A stretch of 64,000 nucleotides of DNA from Octopus sinensis (GCF_006345805.1 NC_043005.1:107508001-107572000), one strand, 5' to 3'; positions 40,036 through 54,564 are shown, counted from the first letter of the stretch. Numbers and translations are program-made. The notes: generated by a model from the sequence alone, not told the origin.

Positions 40036-40689
40036 GCTATATATACTCTGTTTCATCAAATATATGTGTGTGTGTGTTTGTGTACGTGTGTATGTGTGTT
40101 TGTGTGTGTGTGAGAGAGAGAGAGGGTTTACATGGTAATATGTGTGTATGTATGTACGTACATATATATGTATGTAATCATGCATACGTACATCTATGTG
40201 AACGGGGAATGAGTATATGTATGTTCATATTATTAAGGGGCGACACGTATTTTATTATCGTTTAGCCCCAACTGAGCAGGCTTATGACAAAGGAAATTCT
40301 ATCGAAGAACATCCAGTCATATTTCAGATATAGTTTACTACAGTTTCTGTTATGCAATGTGTCATTCAGAAAATGTTTAATGTGCTTTCGAAAATAAACT
40401 AGAGAAAGCCATTTTGTGAATCTAGCTGTGTGGAATTTCATGTGAGTGACCATTCCTGTTTTGTATGAAAGAGCTATGTCATCTATTTTGATGTCATCAC
40501 GTAGAACTTTGTGAATTTACCGAAGTCCATGGTGTTGAAAATATTTTGCCAAGTGTGAAGATAACTTACTCTCATCCTCTCCCTAATTTTGTATTAGCGG
40601 AAAATGTAGTGCACCATCATTCTTGCCCTGTGTTAGTAATGAGTAAATATATCTTTTTCACCGTAATTAATACTCAGGAGAGACCGGTA

Positions 40690-40880
40690 TGATTGTCTGC
40701 ATTATGATGCTGGCCTTGTTATTTTCAGTTAAAGTAATCCGTCCAAGCTGACAGGCAATTACTGAGATCAGAGATTTACACACGTGTCTTGGGTCGAAGC
40801 AATGCTATATGCAATTTATTGGAATAGGATCAGAGTCATTACGATTGCAGAATTCACTGCTTAACCAATACACTACAACT
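40690..40880 (-). mobile_element. Old tRNA-derived SINE
   Basis: Minus head gtagtgtattggttaagcagtgaattctgcaatc with a degenerate B box. Confidence 0.35.
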
Positions 40881-40899
40881 TTATTAAGAAACAAAAGTA

Positions 40900-43200
40900 T
40901 AAAGCTGTTAAATACACAGCGTTTCATACTGTTCTAAAAAGCAAATTTTGCAAGCTACATAGGAGTTCTAACAGAGGAGATGTGGCATTTCAAGAGTTCA
41001 GTGGGTAGGACTCTGAACGTTAAAAGACAAAGCTGAAAAGAATTAAACAAAAGGTGAAGTACAAAAATAGATAAAAGAACTTCGTGGGCCGTAAGTTAAA
41101 AGCGATGAGCTTTTTTATATTCGTTAGGAGGACGGGAGATGTGAATTGTTCCAAAACTGCAAGCTTTTGTTTTTATGTCAGTTTAAGTCTGGATGACTCG
41201 TAAGATAATTGTCTCAGAATCAGTAGGAATTAAATTGCACTGCTGCACAAATGGTAAGAAGAGTGTAAGTTTTCTTGTGCGATGGTGTTCGATGCATTTT
41301 ATGACGCAATTAACGAGGAACTTCCAGAAGAGGATATTGAATGAGGCGTATATATAGGTAGCGAGAAAGAGCGCTTAGTGAATGTGAGACACGTGATCTG
41401 GTTACCGATATCAGCCTCAGTATGTTGCGCATGTTAATTGATAAATGAATTCCAGAGGTGTGGAACGTTAGTCATCTATTCAATAAATGCATCCGATTAC
41501 GGAAATCATAAACTAATAACTCTCTTGGCTAACCAGGTAATATGTTAAGGATTGTTTTTATTGACAAGCGTACAAGTGACATCAACTGCTTCAAGGAGTA
41601 AGTATTAGGGAGGAACGAGTATAAGCGATTTATATTGATAGAACATATCTTGAAAGAAGCTAATAGTATTTTGATAAAGTCTATATATGACTCAACGGTG
41701 TTGGTTGTAGATGTGCGTTTAGATTCTATAGGATTGTTTGAAACAAGACTTGGATTATTAATGAGTCAACTGCTAGAAAAGTCTCAACTAATTTGATAAT
41801 TACTAGAAGACAGGCCAAAATTCCTAGTAGTGTATCGTAGTTCAGAAAGGCCCATTGAAGCTAAATAGATTTAGGGAACCGTACAAACCGTATAAACCAT
41901 ATAAACCATAGCCATCACTCACATGCGATTATACATGATTTCACTAAATGTTTCAGATGATTATATAGTCGCGAGCAGACGTAGAGACTATCTCTTTCGC
42001 TCTAATCAATGGCTCAGAAATTATCATAGCTGTAACAACTGGTAAAAGAAAGGCTGGTACGCTGGTACATATTTTCAGCTAAGTAGCCTGGAGCAATGCA
42101 AAATGATATGCCTTCTTCAAGAATACAACGCCCCAAACAATACCAAAATGAAACTCATGGCCTAATAAGCACAAACACAGCACCCAATTCCGTAGATCAG
42201 GCGCTTTCCCCATAACCCATCTACAGCTAGAGTATGAAATATTTATTTTACGTACAAAGTTACTTCGCTCTTTTGTTCCGATTCTGCTCCTATTAATATT
42301 TATTAAAACTCTTTAGACTAAACCACGATGAATAAAATTATTTTGATATTGAGAAACGTTTAAAAGGTAGTTACCATAACAGGTTCGGCGAAGAAGTTAC
42401 AGAAAATTATCCATAACTGAATTCTGGTCCTTAGTCCAAAGGTCCTAAAATCAACAGAAGACAAAGCTATGTTTAAACTTCTAATGTTCGAGGGGAAATT
42501 GTTCTGATTGGAAAATACAAAAAGAATCCGCAGGGATATGACACAAGCTTCGTACGTAATATTTACCGTGTATTTAGTACAAAACTAAGAGAATCATAAG
42601 TTTCAGTGTAGTCAATTACCAGGAGTGATTAACAGTGGTAAAAAACACGAAGTTGATGACCACTACATGGGACTTTCAGTTAACAGTGCAAGAGTTTGTA
42701 ATGAACATAAAGTAGATAGATTTTTTAAGATTTGTTTATACAGTTCACAGAAAGAGAGATATCGTTTTCTATGGAGAGCCCCTAGTGTATATGGAAGTTA
42801 GTGGGTGATGTCTTTGGTAGTTGAGGCTGGTGAAATGTAGACTAGTATAGAGACCTCTCGAGATTCTACAGAAATGAGGCATGTAAATGTTATTCAGTAT
42901 CTGATTTTGGCTTGTACAAGAAGAAACCTGAAACGATAGAAAACAGAGAGAGAGAGAGAGGGAAGCTGTTAGGTAATAAAATGTATCGGAGGATGATATT
43001 AGAATCTGTTAGTACAGTTGAGGGATTCACAGTGATTGATAATGAAAAAGCTCCCTGTGCTTTCAATAGAGGGTAACTACAACAGAGAAAATGCGAAGTC
43101 GTTGAGATATGAATGTCTAAGACTGGTCACAAGAACAAAAAAAAGTAGTTGAAAGTAGTTGTCTTGCGGATACCATCAATGAAATAATTGTTGATAGAGT
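40900..43200 (-). mobile_element. Highly decayed APE/RT LINE (I/Jockey-like)
   Basis: Minus relics ILVYISP (endonuclease-like) and SRVSHSLSALSRYLYI (GVPQGS.LSP.LY relic). Riddled with stops. Confidence 0.35.
42055..42230 (-). mobile_element. Ancient SINE with conserved core-like domain
   Basis: gctggtacatattttcagctaagtagcctggagcaatgcaaaatgatatgccttcttcaagaatacaacgc resembles the widespread gctggtacc.attt...aagtgtcttgctcaaggacacaac SINE core. Confidence 0.45.
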
Positions 43201-43274
43201 GAGAAAAAAAAATTGAAGGTGCTTACATATGATATATAAAATATGATATCTGATATATGATATATGATATTTAT

Positions 43275-44009
43275 ATCGGCCATGCATCGGATTTTCTAGC
43301 CATTCTTCTTCGCTTTTCTTCTGGGCTTGTTTTTCATCTCTTCCTTAACTCTTTTAGCAAACTGGGTTACTTTCTCGCTCGCCTTCATCCTAGGTTCCTC
43401 TTTCATCAGTTGCTTCTTAAACTGTACAGATTCTTTGTAAACCGAGTATAGCTTCTTTACTTTATCATGCTGGTGCACAAACTTCATTAACGAATGTTTT
43501 GACAGCTCAAGATATGTATTTAATCCTACAGTGGTGGCTCTGTAAGATAATTCTAATTGAGTTTGTCCTCTTCCTCCCATGCTTCTCGGTAAATAAATCC
43601 TATTCACGTCCGCTTTGGGGCGGTTCATTCGAGCCACGGTTAGTAGTTTTCTGGTCTTAGAGTCTAGCTTCTTTAATTCGCTCATTTGCCAGTTGATTAT
43701 ATTGAAACTGTAAGCTACGATTGGTACTGCAAAAGTGTTAATGGCTTCTATTTTGTTTGCAGCGTTGAGATCAGTCTTTGTTACTAACCGTACTGTCTTG
43801 TAGTACTCTTTTCTAATCTTCTCTTTCATTGATGAATGTTTTATGCCGTTACTTTCGTCTATGCCAAGGTATTTATATGCTTCTTCCTGGTCCAGTGCTC
43901 GGATTCTTGTCAGCTGGTCATGCTATATCTATGATCCTGCATTGTTTGCTATCTTTCTCAATTAACACCATGTCTGGTTTCCAAATCTCTATCTCACTAT
44001 CTGGCTGTA

Positions 44010-44012
<3 letters not shown>
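43275..44012 (-). mobile_element. R4/Dong-clade LINE fragment (RLE motif fused to RT domain 7 and thumb region)
   Basis: WKPDMVLIEKDSKQCRIIDIA*PADKN (PD-D/E-xK endonuclease); YKYLGI; LNAANKIEAINTFAVPIVAYSF; ..RIYLPRSMGGRG; W.ENPMHGRY. 5' flank is (TAA)n. Confidence 0.88.
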
Positions 44013-44097
<85 letters not shown>

Positions 44098-44145
44098 CAT
44101 CATTATTATTATTATTATTATATTATTATTATTATTATTATTATT

Positions 44146-44177
<32 letters not shown>

Positions 44178-44185
44178 TATTATTA
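44012..44185. repeat. (ATT)n/(ATC)n microsatellite
   Basis: Directly visible. Confidence 0.97.
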
Positions 44186-44405
44186 GGGTAGCCTCCTGGT
44201 AGAATCGTTATCACCCTCGGCAAAATGCTAAGCAGCATTTCATCCGTCTTTATGTTCTGAGTTAAAATTCCACAAAAGCCGATTTTGCATTTCATCCCTC
44301 CGGAGTCGATGAAATAAGTACCAGTCGAGCACTGGGGTCGACATAATCGACTTACTCTCTCTCTCTCTCTTGATATTCCTGACCCTGTGCCTAAAATTTG
44401 AAATC
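44186..44405 (+). mobile_element. SINE family A, diverged
   Basis: ggtagaatcgttatcaccctcggcaaaatgctaagcagcatttc...gaaataagtaccagtcgagcactggggtcg. Confidence 0.75.
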
Positions 44406-44770
44406 ACAATTATTATATTATTTGTAGTAGTAGTTGTTGAAGAAGAAGAAAAGAAGATGGATGAGGAGGGAGAAGGGGAGCAGGAGGAGGAAAGAAAGCA
44501 AACGAGAAGGAAAGAAAGAAGGCGAATGAGGATCTGTAAAGCAGATGTATGGTGATGTATTGGAGCCAATTAGTATTAGGAGAGCAAGATGTATTTAAGA
44601 CAGGAAGTAGATGTAGATCTATTTTCTCAGAGAAATTTCATTGGAATAAAAGAATAAAATACAGCTGCGTTTCGGTTTAGGTGTCGAGGGGCAGGATTGT
44701 GGTAGTGGTGGTAGCGGCTGCTATGTCTATGACTTACAAGCAGGAATAAGTCGAGGGAAGCAATACACTG

Positions 44771-44802
<32 letters not shown>

Positions 44803-44924
44803 TGTATGTATGTATGTATGTATGTATATGTATATGTATATATATATATGCATGCGCACACACATATGTACATATATATATATGTATATATATATATATG
44901 TATATGAATATATATATATGTGTA

Positions 44925-44975
<51 letters not shown>

Positions 44976-45587
44976 TATATATACACATATATATGTATGT
45001 ATATATTTGTTAAAGGATGGTTGGATTAAATGCACAAGATATACTTATGTACACAAATACAGATGTGTACACAAATATATATAATTGCGTGTATGTGTGT
45101 GTCTGTAAGTGTTTGTGTGTGTGAGTAAGTGAGTGCGTCCATGTGAGGTTGAGTGTAAGGTTGATAAAAGTATCATGTTAAAAAAATATAAGAATGGAAA
45201 AGGAAAAAGAAAGAAAAATTCTCAGAGATATTAGAAAACAAAACAAAATAAGCCATAGGTATAACATCCTGTTAGATATCATTGCTTTAAAAAAATCGAA
45301 AAATGTTCATATATATATATATGTATCTTTTCATACACACATAACACACTCACACAATACCGTACGCACGCACACGCAAACACACAAGCACATACACATA
45401 CACATACTATATATGTACGTATACTCTTAGGAATAAGCACTAGGCAAGAAATATTTCAGAACATACCGTCTCTTTTCAAACCCTTCCAGCCGAACAACAA
45501 AGTGATGGGGAAGTCATATTAATGAAGACGTTTTTCGTTTTTCAGCCATACAATCGCATGTGTCTGTTCTTATATATACATACATAT

Positions 45588-45674
<87 letters not shown>

Positions 45675-46039
45675 ATATATATATATATATGTATGTGTGT
45701 ATGTATGTATGTATGTATTTATGTATGTATATATGTGTGTGTGTGTCTCTCTCTCTCTTTGTGTGTGCATTGTGTATATGTGTGTATAATGCTTTCTTTG
45801 TCATACCGTTTTACCATATGCTAAAAATAAACGGTGATACTAGCATGTATGAATGGTAATTCATTTGAAACTAGATGATGCTGATGATGATGATGATGAC
45901 TAAAACGATAGCGATGGAGATGATGACGACGATAATGATGATGAAGAAATCCATACATGTAGTGATAATAATTGAATCCCTGATTTCCATAGGGGCTCAC
46001 TCGTTATTAAAAGCGGATGTGAGGTAATTCAATTGATTC

Positions 46040-46150
46040 AGTGCAGGTGACTGCTATAAATATTGTCTACCAAAGGAAGATGAGGGTGAAAGTGGACCAA
46101 GGTGGAATTCGAACACGAAACTTAAGGAGTTTATTTAAATAACGTAAAAC
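46040..46150 (-). mobile_element. SINE family A fragment, old
   Basis: aaggaagatgagggtgaaagtggaccaaggtggaattcgaacacgaaac resembles the reverse complement of the family A body. Confidence 0.45.
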
Positions 46151-46699
46151 AATTTACCTAAAATTGTACTGTCGATGCGAGTGGTTTAAAGTAATTATAA
46201 TTCACTCTCCATAAGGAAGCAGAGTGGGGAAGATTGCAAACGGGAATTTTATCGGGAGAAGAAAGACAGGGGAAATGAAGAACCTTTCTACCAAGAATAA
46301 AGAAAGAGAAACTGAATATGACAAAAAAATACCCAATACATAACTTGTGAGAAGTTTCGTGGATTGGTGGTTAGATATTTTAGGTTCGTAATCATGTCAT
46401 GAGTTCAGTTTCGGGTGGTGAGTTGTGTTCTAGACCTAATTGTTGTATTTCATTATCAATATATGCAGCTATAATGAGCACTAATCAAGGTGTTGGTGCA
46501 GACATTTCTACCTATGGCCGTGATATCGTGAGAGACCTGTTGAAAGAAGGGTTCGGAGTGGCCTGTGTCTGTTTTCGACTACATGATCCCTTTACACAAC
46601 GATGCTTAATTATAACGGTCTCTGGTTTAGGCACAAGGCTAGAAAACTTGAGGCAAGGAAATTAATCTATTAGTGTAGACCTCAGTACTTGAATGCCGC

Positions 46700-46790
46700 T
46701 TCATTTAATTAACCCACGAAGGGAAGAAATGCCAATTGACTTCGGCAGGATTTGAATTCATAATATAAAAAAATGGAAGAAATACTACAA
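46700..46790 (-). mobile_element. SINE family A fragment, old
   Basis: ttcatttaattaacccacgaagggaagaaatgccaattgacttcggcaggatttgaattcataa. Confidence 0.45.
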
Positions 46791-49489
46791 TTCATCTTTC
46801 CTCAAACAATTAGTGATAAAGTAGTTCGTCTGTGTATTTCATTGAAACTAGGAATGCGGGCGTCTCTCTTATCTTCTTACATCCTTTCAGTCTGGACTCA
46901 TCCTTAATGCTGGCCCTCGTTTTTGATTTCAATTATTCCGATGGTTTTTCTCTTTTTTCAGTCTCAGTGTATCGCATCGAGATGACAGTGTAATGTTGGT
47001 TGTGTCGTGATATTGTGTCGTGAAAGACAGTGTAATGTTGGTTGTTTTGTGTCATGAAAGACACTATATCTACTTTTGCAGGTTTGTTAACTTTTTTCTT
47101 GCAGGTACTCAATATGAATCTATTTCGTGGCTTGGGCTCTGGCGACCTTTGATATTGTAACTGGTCATAACTTGAAAACATCAGTAGAAACAGCCTTATT
47201 CTTTATATCTAGAGGTGTCACTGTTAATGCTTTTACTACTATCTACCACCTTCATTTTTATTTTTATTATTTTCTTTCTTTGAGCAGAATATTATCATGT
47301 GACCTTTAATACAATACATGTAACAATTAAGCTTTATCAATGATCTTCCTCTGATGCACCTGCTCCCCTTACCAGATTCTCGGTCGTAGATAAACCATCA
47401 AACAATAGCAAATACCTTGTTCCGTCATGCCACACCTCACTCAGGTTTTAAAATCTGCTTAATGTTTGTTAGGGCCTACAAAAGTTTTCCTTTATTCCAT
47501 CTCCCATTACATTTTCCCAGGATAAAATTTGGGGGCAGCGATATAATGTATTTTGCAATATACTTCGTCCTTGAACTCAGATCATCTTTGAAATTGTTCA
47601 TTTCAAGGAGCTCCTTGAGACAAATGATGTTTGAAAAGGATTAGCAGTTTTTGTTCGTGATTAAAGCCATTTATGCTTGCGTTTCTACTTGTCAAATAGT
47701 ATCTATGGATAATAGTGGGCTATTTTGTTTCATTGTCATTTGTTCTGGTTTATAATACTTGATATGTGTTTGCGTTTTCACATATTTTAAGGACGTATTG
47801 TTTTACTGCTCTTATGAGTAGTATCCCCTTCTGCCAATTGTACAGTGTAGTTTGGTTGGGCTACAAAGAAATAAGTCATAATGAATGCTTGCAGAAATGC
47901 ACGTAGTGATATATTTTACTGATGTATTAGAGGTCGAAATGCTTTAAGATATGTTTTGGTAAAAACAGCGGCAAAAACTGTTTGCTATCAAGTTAATCTT
48001 AGAAGAAATTATTTTCTAAGCAGACCAATGTTAAACCTGACTATTCACAGAAAATAACAAAAACAGTATACTAATAGTAACAATATATATACACCAGTAG
48101 TTATTTCTTATCTACAGCCTCCACACAAATTCTATATTTAGAGGATGATAAAATATATTAGTGTGAAAACGGAGACAGAAATTCATGCCTAGAAATAAAA
48201 TTACAATTTCCATAGAGATTGATAACATCTTCCTGTCTGCTAATCATTTGATATGTAAAATTATTTGTGACAATATTTCTAATAAAATATACTGCGTACA
48301 TGTGTTAATTAATTTTGAAAATGATCTAAATTTCGAAGGATTTAGTTAAATATTGAATTTCTTGTTATTAACCTCTTGTTTGCGGCTCAACTTAACAAAA
48401 TTCTTGTACAAAAAGAGAAAACAAAAAGAAAATTAAAATCGTGATGAGAGATTTTAATTTAAATTTTGCATCTCAGAACTTGAGATTGCCACTGGTTTTC
48501 TGGCTAAATATGACAGAAACAATGAAATGTTTATTTGTCCAAGTGTAAATTATAGTTTCTACATCAGAAACTAACAAAAATGGTAGATAACGTTACAACA
48601 CTTGAACTTGTTGTGTCTCTATGGAGTAAAAGTCGATGATGTGTTCTGCCAAGTTAATATTGAAGAAACGCCATCTAAATATAAACATCTTTTCCATTTT
48701 TGATAATTCGTACTTAGACCTATATTTTAAAACTGATCTTTCACTTTCAATGTTATAATTTTAGGAACAATTTATATTTATAATGATTCGAGTGACCATG
48801 ATACACGATCTTTCATTAGAACAGGAAAGTCAAATAATATTTTAGCTATTGATGGCTATGAGCTTATTTGTTTCACCAGAAACAACCACTGACAAATGTT
48901 TTCTCCAAGCAATGAAATCAGCCAACTGTTTGTATTATTTTGCTTTTCAATTCCCTGGCCATTCACGTCGGAGTAGACATATGCAGAAAGTCACCCCATT
49001 CTTGAAATTACCTCATTTTTAGACGTATATTTCCGTATTTCAGACATATTTAGCGATATACTACCTCTGGGCAACACCATAATTAAGAAAATTAGACATC
49101 AGATGACGTAGTTTCGGTTAGCAGGACGACCTATCAAATTATGAGCCTTCATAAGATATGGGTAAGTAGTTGATATTTACAATTGTTATTTATAGGAAGT
49201 ATTTAAAGATATAATTGATTCTAACTCGAACCTACAGCTGGGATTAAACAAATCGATTGTTAACGAGTAGTCAACCAAAGCTTCGGAGATTTGTAATAAC
49301 TAGTGAAATCTGAAAGGGAGTTAATTCTTTTCTACTTTGTGGTGTAACTAACTGTTTCTGTGTACATGGATATTGTAATATTTAAAAGTTCTTTATGGAT
49401 TTCCTGCCGATAATCAATCCATGTACAACTCCAGCCAGTCTTTGAGGTAACTACAACAACTATTACTGCTACCCTACTGCAGCAACAGA

Positions 49490-49872
49490 GGAGGCGCAAT
49501 GACCCAATGGTTACGGCAGCGGACTCGCAGTTTCGATTCCCAGACCGGGCGTTGTGTGTGTTTATTGAGCGAAAACACCTAAAGCTCCAAGAGGCTCTGG
49601 CAGGGGAGGGGGCGGCCACTGTTCTACTCGTCCGCTTCAACTTTCTCTCACTCTTTCTTCCTGTTACTTGTTCCCGACTTCCTACGCAACCGCTGAGCCT
49701 GGATGCGCATTCATCCATCCGTCGATGCTCTCGGTGTCGGCGATTGACCTGCTTTCTCTTCTGCGGGTCTAACAAATAGCAAAGGACCACGTTTCAGACT
49801 TCTCCCACTACAGAGGCACGACCTTGCGAGCTCTGGGACGAAAACCGCTTCGCTCAACAAACAAACAAACAA
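49490..49872 (+). mobile_element. SINE family B variant with a different 3' tail ending (CAAA)n
   Basis: Head and 5' body match the 13443 and 19340 copies. The tail ...gggacgaaaaccgcttcgctcaacaaacaaacaaac is unrelated to theirs. Confidence 0.85.
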
Positions 49873-50700
49873 GCAGCAACAGAGAATGAATACAATGTTT
49901 TACTATGCAGTCAGAAGAGGGAAATCAGTGTCCGTGACCGTTTTCCGAGCCTGTGAGAGTGTTCAGAGGAAGGGAGAAACCATTATACTTTCATAGCCTC
50001 TGTAACGCTAAATACTTCACATTTAATTTGTTTACCGAAAAGTCCCATACATGAATGCCTACATATTCTCTCATGGTAAATATTCTGGTCGTTAGAATAA
50101 TAGTTACCTCCCTTTAATTTTATCTATCTCTACTTTTGTGGCAAACATGTTCCACCTGGAAATATGGTGCAAAGAATATGCAATTATATCTCGTCATCCT
50201 CACCATCATCATTAACTTTGTTATCGTCGTCGTTATCAACATGGCCGTCGTTTTCACTATCGCTGCCTCTGCCGTCATCGTCCTCCTCATCACTAGCGTC
50301 ATCGTTCTCATTGAGTTTTTTTTTTTTGGTTCGCCATCCACAATGTTGTCATCTGTCACTGTTTCCACACTCGCGTCTTTACTGTCCCTTTTGGTTGTTT
50401 TTTTCTTCTTGCTGCCGTTATTGTTGTATTTCTTTTAATAGTTCTTCTTGCGCAAACGACGGCAGTGGTGACGTTGTGCCACCCGTGATAGGCTTTTTGC
50501 CTATTCTTTCTGCTTCATCATCTCGTTGGCATAGTGATTGTTTATTACTGCTGCCATCGCTTTTTTTGTGGCTGTCATTGTTTTCTTTTGTTATTGTTGT
50601 TGCTGGTGTTGTTCTTCCTGGTGATGGTGGTGGTCGTGATGCCATTACCGTTGTTATTATCCTTATGGTATATCGAACACGTAGAAAATAGAAAAAAATT

Positions 50701-50736
<36 letters not shown>

Positions 50737-50740
50737 TATA

Positions 50741-50799
<59 letters not shown>

Positions 50800-50849
50800 T
50801 ATATATATGTGTCTGTATACATATATATATACATACATACATATATATA

Positions 50850-50900
<51 letters not shown>

Positions 50901-50949
50901 TATATATATGTATGCATATATAAATATATGCGCGAGTGTATGTATATAC

Positions 50950-51018
<69 letters not shown>

Positions 51019-51647
51019 ATATGTATTTATATATCTGTACGCGCGCACACACACACACACACACATAAGTGTCTGTGGATGTATTGGTCTATGTGCCGGT
51101 CTGTTCACAATAAAATAGCAAACACACTCGAAATATATAATAAATAAATGAACAAAGCACGAAAGCACCAAATCAAGGAAGCTATAGAAGTTACAAGAAA
51201 TTCCTTTTCTTTGTGTCATCTCTTTTTCTTTTTCAACTTACAAGATTTATGGGGTCACTACAGATCGCTGTTAACAATAAGGCAAAGCTATTTCATTTTA
51301 TTTTCTCAATATTTTCCTCAAATTTGTTTAATGTATAACCAACAGGAATATATAATTACTACTATGAGGTACTATAATTACGCGTTATAGAAGAAGGTAA
51401 GAAAACAAAAACAATGCATTTTCTTTAGTTGTGGTCATGTGATACCAACGGCTAATCTTTCCATCGAGTCACGTGATGCAGTGTAACGTCAACGCAGGGT
51501 ATCCTGCCATGGTGGTATATCTATTTTTCTGATATTGCTGGTCTTTCTTTCCCATCTTTCTGTCCGTTCTCCCTCCCCCATCTCTCTATCTCTCCGTATG
51601 TCTGTGTCTGTCTCTATCTATCTCTTCCTCTCACTCAATGATGAGGC

Positions 51648-51779
<132 letters not shown>

Positions 51780-51836
51780 TACATATATATATGATACATA
51801 TTATATATATATATATAAAAATATAAACATATATAA

Positions 51837-51900
51837 ACAGCGGTGGTGCCCCAGCATGGCCGCGGCCTTCGGGCTAAAACATTTTTAAGGATTTAAGGAT
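51837..51900 (+). mobile_element. Extreme 5'-truncated CR1 tail
   Basis: cggtggtgccccagcatggccgcggccttcgggctaaaac is homologous to the CR1 3' end at 25315-25357. It is followed by an 8-bp repeat (tttaagga)x2, typical of CR1 tails. Confidence 0.7.
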
Positions 51901-51914
51901 ATATACATATAAAC

Positions 51915-51945
<31 letters not shown>

Positions 51946-52910
51946 AAAATATATATATATATACATTATATATATATATACCTATACATATATATAACTA
52001 TATATTTGTGAGGGGCGTATGTGTGCGTCTATAAGTGTGCATAAATGTGTGTGTGAGCGTGAGCATGTATATATGGGTGTATCTAAGTGTACATATCGGT
52101 CTCTCACTCTCTCTCTCTCTCTCTCCCTCTCATACATACATACATACAAACACAAATGCACACTTGTATATGCAATTATGTAGATATATGTATGCACGTA
52201 TGCACGAATGTATGTGTGTGTGTAAATATATATATGTCCTTCATCCTGCTGTTGGCAATGTAATGTATGCCTTCTCTTCCTCTATGTCTGTGTCAACTCT
52301 CATCTCATTTTCTCTCAACTCTCTCTGTCTCTCCACGAGTTTGAAAGTTACGTTGTCATCTTCCATCTCTCTACAGCAACACATCTTCCGCCATCGACGA
52401 ACTTTACCTTACTCGCTATCGTTCTCTCTCCTCTCGCACTCCAGTCAATTTCTTTTTTTTTTTTCAATATGTAATCTAAGGCATTATTACCATTAAGGGT
52501 GGGGGGTGACTCATTGAGTGGACATGCCTGTTCAGCTTTCATCTATTTTATGTTGATACAGCCTGTCAAAGATGGAGTAATCCAAACACCCAACTCTCGG
52601 ATATTTCTCTACATTATTCCAGATGTTTATTTCTGCTTTTTCTTTATTCTTTGTAAATTTATTGATATGTATAGTGCGTAGAGTATATCTATATTTTTTT
52701 ACATTTCTATGTCGTTGTATGTTATTTATCAATTTATTTGATTGCTTTGTTGTTGTTCTTACATTTCTGTGGACTGAAATCTCTCAAATAACATTCATTG
52801 ATATGTATGTATCCCTCCCTCTCTCTTTCTCTCCCTTTCCTTCCCTCTCTCTCTCTCCCTCATTCTCTCTGTACACACACACATACATATATATATTTGT
52901 ATCATAATTG

Positions 52911-52995
<85 letters not shown>

Positions 52996-53000
52996 ATATG

Positions 53001-53042
<42 letters not shown>

Positions 53043-53793
53043 TATATATATAGAGAGAGGGTATGATGGATGGATAGATAGATAGATACATAGTTAGACA
53101 GACTGACAGACTAACAGATAGACAGACAACGGAGTGGTGTATGTACATGAATGCTCGTACACTATTATGCATCTGTGAGAGAAAATGTGTTGTATGAAGA
53201 ATGTATAAAACCTGAAACCTTGAAAGGATACAGGGATACATAAAAAATGTGCTTATACATACATACATACATACATGCATACATATATATATATATACAT
53301 ACATACACACATGCACATCCTCCCTCTCTCTCTCACACATACACACAGACAGACACATACATATATCTATGCGCATGTATACATATATATATGCTTGTGT
53401 ATGGTGTTAGGCTAAATTTTTTGTAAATGTAAATAGGTATATGTAAAGAATGCGTGTCGATGCATGCAGATTATTAGTTCTTAATGTATGAATTGAAATA
53501 TTTATAATATATATGATTATGCACCACTAACACGTGCACGAGTTCCAGAGATATTTCTTAAAAAGCTACACACTGCCCCATATGATTGTTGTTTACTGTT
53601 TTTTTTTTTTTTTTCTAAGTTTGGTAACATAATTAGCGTTGTTGTATACTAATGTAGGTATGTTTTAAGTACGCCAGAATTATTTAAGAATATTTATGCA
53701 GAGCAAATTTCGTCCATTTTCTTATGGTGAAACTTTCTAGTAGTAACAAAAAATACCTCTCTTTCTGTTTCGTTTCTCCCACCTCCGTCGCTG

Positions 53794-54564
53794 TATGTTT
53801 GTTCAAAATTATATTACATGGATGTTTTAGAAGTTAATTCCTGTATAGCCTTGAAATCTGAATACTGCATTCCCAATATCTGCTATGATTTCTGTAATAG
53901 CTTAGTCAGAAGTTAAGTAAATCTCCCTTGATATGTTCACGGGGCCTTTTATACCCGGTGGTATAAAAAGGAAATACATCTACTATTGTTGCATTATCGT
54001 TATTAGAATCCCAGTTTGAGGGCTCGTAAAGCATTGGGTTCAGCTAATGTCACCCTGTGTCCATGTGATGTTGTTAAACCAGGTGACAGAAAAAGTCAGA
54101 AAAAGTCAGCAATCCCATACTTTTCCATTTAGTCAGCTTCGGAAATATAACTTGGGGCAGCCGGATACAAAGCCGGAAATCATGTTGTTTCGTACTAGTA
54201 AAATAGAAGCTCAAACATAAATGCTCCTGTTGACAATCTTAGTACAGGTATGAGCTGTATACTAACATAGAAAATAAATATTAATATAATGAGTATATGA
54301 ATAATAATTGAAATAAGGGTAGAAAGAATAATGATGATAATGGAATAATTACAAAAATCCATTTATTTATACGTCATAGCAGATATTCTGAATTCCTGTC
54401 AAAGATTTTTTCTGTGAAACGTTATTTGCATGTTTCAGGACCTTTATGTTTGTTCAAAATAATATTACAGAGATGTTTTAGAAGTTAATACCTGTATAGC
54501 CTTGAAATCTGAATACTGCATTCCCAATATCTGCTGTGATTTCTGCAATAGCTTAGTCAGAAGT
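53794..54564 (+). repeat. 120-bp direct repeats (53794-53913 and 54445-54564)
   Basis: tatgtttgttcaaaa..tattaca..gatgttttagaagttaat.cctgtatagccttgaaatctgaatactgcattcccaatatctgct.tgatttctg.aatagcttagtcagaagt occurs twice. Confidence 0.92.
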
